This document shows, piece after piece, positions 62,306 through 64,000 of a stretch of DNA of 64,000 nucleotides (its first letter is position 1; each line of letters begins with the position of its first letter). The notes under the pieces were generated by a model. The model did not search any database. It saw nothing but the letters and a program-made list of their open reading frames with translations, and was not told the DNA's origin. Both the position numbers and the translations under genes were made by a program. This stretch comes from an uncultured Dehalococcoidales bacterium (GTDB lineage Bacteria; Chloroflexota; UBA6077; FW602-bin22). The stretch is taken from the NCBI GenBank assembly GCA_964536925.1, contig CAZHZF010000010.1:904-64903 (forward strand). The letters are read 5' to 3'.

Positions 62306-63088
62306 TCAGGCACCCGCACCGAGGATCTTGATGAGGTCCGCCGGCATTCGTGTGAAGGTCTGCCCCATCAGACTCACCATCGGCGGCATCGCGGCGAAGA
62401 ACGCGATGAGCCCGATGCCGATCTTCAGCGGCTGTCCGACGAAGAACACGTTCATCTGCGGTGCCGAGCGACCGATCATCAGGAAAGCCACGTCGCTCAC
62501 AATGAGCGCGACCGCGACCGGGAGACCGATACGGAGCGCCAGCACGATCGACTCCGATGTCAAGCGGACAAGGTCGCTGGAGACCGCGGGCGCGAGCGCG
62601 AACGTGCCGAGCGGGACGAGGTCGAAGCTCTGCTGCAGCGCCTGTATCGTGAGGTGATGGCCGTTGATGGTGAGAAACAGCAGCCCGGCCACGATCGCAT
62701 AGAGCTGGTCGATGTAGTTGGTCTGCTGGGCCTGCGTGACCGGATCGAAGGTCCCGGCGATCGTGAGGCCCATCTGCGTCCCGAGCAATTGCCCCGCGGC
62801 CTGAATACCGCTGAAGACGACCTGGGCGGCGAATCCAAAGAGCAGGCCCAGCGCGAGTTCCTGCGCGATCAGGATGACAAAAGGGAGAAACGCATTCGGG
62901 ATCGTCACCGGCACCGGTGGCGCGGTAGGGGTCAGGGCGAAGGCGAGAAATCCGGCGAGTCCAATCTTCGCCAGCGGGGGAATGTTGCGACTCCCCAGCA
63001 CAGGCATCGTCACGACCACGCCGCCCACGCGGGTGAAGACGAGGAAGAATGTCTGGAAGTACGTCGCCTGGATCAGCAGGGGATCCAC
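62306..63088 (-). CDS. fliR: flagellar export apparatus protein FliR
   Basis: FFLVFTRVGGVVVTMPVLG plus multiple TM segments. GTG 63088 lies just after the fliQ stop; the track's upstream 111 codons are a shadow of fliQ. Confidence 0.9.
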   Translation of the reverse strand: MDPLLIQATYFQTFFLVFTRVGGVVVTMPVLGSRNIPPLAKIGLAGFLAFALTPTAPPVPVTIPNAFLPFVILIAQELALGLLFGFAAQVVFSGIQAAGQLLGTQMGLTIAGTFDPVTQAQQTNYIDQLYAIVAGLLFLTINGHHLTIQALQQSFDLVPLGTFALAPAVSSDLVRLTSESIVLALRIGLPVAVALIVSDVAFLMIGRSAPQMNVFFVGQPLKIGIGLIAFFAAMPPMVSLMGQTFTRMPADLIKILGAGA

Positions 63089-63093
63089 CGCCG

Positions 63094-63363
63094 CTACCGG
63101 CTGAGGTTCGCGATACTTGTGAATACCGTGGACGTATAGGCCCCAAAGATCTGCAGCATCCAGGGACCAAGAATAATGAGCACGACGGCGATCGCGATGA
63201 TCTTTGGAACGAACGTAAGCGTCATCTCGTTGACCTGCGTGACCGCTTGAAAGATCGACACGATCAGACCGACCGCGAGGCTTACCAGCAGCAGTGGTCC
63301 CCCCACGAGCAGCATCATCAGTGTCGCCTGCTGCCCAACGGCGATGATCGCCTCGTGTGTCAT
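63094..63363 (-). CDS. fliQ: flagellar export apparatus protein FliQ
   Basis: 89 aa. [37 protein letters not shown]. Confidence 0.93.
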   Translation of the reverse strand: MTHEAIIAVGQQATLMMLLVGGPLLLVSLAVGLIVSIFQAVTQVNEMTLTFVPKIIAIAVVLIILGPWMLQIFGAYTSTVFTSIANLSR

Positions 63364-64000
63364 CCTCCGAAGCTCTGAACCAGAGATCGGACGATGAGAT
63401 GCCAGCCATCCACCATGACAAAGAGCAATAACTTGAACGGCAGTGAGATCATCACAGGTGGCAGCATCATCATACCCATCGACATCAGCGTGCTGGACAC
63501 GACGATATCAATGATCAGGAAAGGCACGAAGATCAGGAACCCCATCTGGAACGCCGTCTTCAACTCGCTGATCACAAACGACGGCACTATCACGTACGTC
63601 GGTATCTCATCGGCCGTGCGGGGGCGCTCGATCTTCGCGAGGTTGATGAAGAGGGCCAGGTCCTTCTCCCGCGTCTGCGTCAGCATGAACTCCCGTATCG
63701 GCACCATCGCCAGGTCGAGCGCCTCGGCCTGCCGAATCTGTCCCGCCACGTAGGGCTGGATCGCGGTCTCGTTGATCCTGTTCCAGGTCGGAGCCATTAC
63801 GAAGAATGTGAGGAACAGCGACAGCCCGATGAGCACCTGGTTCGGGGGGAGCTGGGGGACACCGATCGCGTTCCTGATGAGGCTCAGCACGATGACCGTG
63901 CGCGTGAACGACGTGAGCATGATCAGGAGCGACGGGGCGAGAGTCAGGATCGTGAGCAGTATGAGGATCTGGATTCCGCTCGAAACGTCCTCGGGCGCCT
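63360..64000 (-). CDS. fliP: flagellar export apparatus protein FliP (5' end outside the window)
   Basis: [33 protein letters not shown]. The reading frame stays open to the window edge. Confidence 0.93.
   Translation of the reverse strand, partial: APEDVSSGIQILILLTILTLAPSLLIMLTSFTRTVIVLSLIRNAIGVPQLPPNQVLIGLSLFLTFFVMAPTWNRINETAIQPYVAGQIRQAEALDLAMVPIREFMLTQTREKDLALFINLAKIERPRTADEIPTYVIVPSFVISELKTAFQMGFLIFVPFLIIDIVVSSTLMSMGMMMLPPVMISLPFKLLLFVMVDGWHLIVRSLVQSFGG

Overview
Visibly GC-rich, densely packed bacterial chromosome segment. The gene content (LPXTG protein, PAC2, DegV, YtxH, FliW/CsrA) suggests a monoderm such as a Chloroflexota/Thermomicrobia-like or Actinomycetota-like organism; lineage is a guess. 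I found no rRNA, CRISPR array, transposase or integrase. Positions 1-48.7 kb are mostly housekeeping genes: ruvB, pgi, tgt, tRNA-Arg(CCG), argS, rlmN, fmt, uvrC, coaE, an orphan groEL, tsaD, tal, rpe, rpmB, recG, rsmD, coaD, yceD-rpmF-fabD-acpP, tatA/B-tatC, leuCD, a rhodanese plus SufU-like scaffold, an M16 peptidase, scpA and a BMP lipoprotein. These are interspersed with two tandem secreted GH5-like proteins, two Gfo/Idh/MocA oxidoreductases and several unknown genes. Positions 48.7-64.0 kb hold one minus-strand, tightly overlapping flagellar block: fliP(partial)-fliQ-fliR-flhB-flhA-flhF-flhG-PilZ-small TM-fliA-two unknowns-flgF/G-flgG-flgN-flgK-flgL-fliW-csrA. The most interesting observations are: (1) fliA is chained to a TM/HTH protein and an LPRTG sortase-anchored RskA-like ectodomain protein, in a locus with no flgM; (2) an in-frame FabD-NusB fusion ORF; (3) coaE, whose P-loop can only be translated from a CTG overlapping the groEL stop, with a possible second CTGA junction after tatC; (4) an unresolved ~640 bp structured region at 12.3-12.9 kb; (5) a PAS protein with a Cys cluster and a His-less DHp-like helix, coupled to rpe; (6) several -10 boxes placed 6-8 nt from start codons, suggesting leaderless mRNAs. 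Product calls rest on motifs I recognise by eye in the supplied translations. Many long ORFs in the track are GC-driven shadow frames and were ignored. Start codons are often GTG/TTG and several are uncertain.
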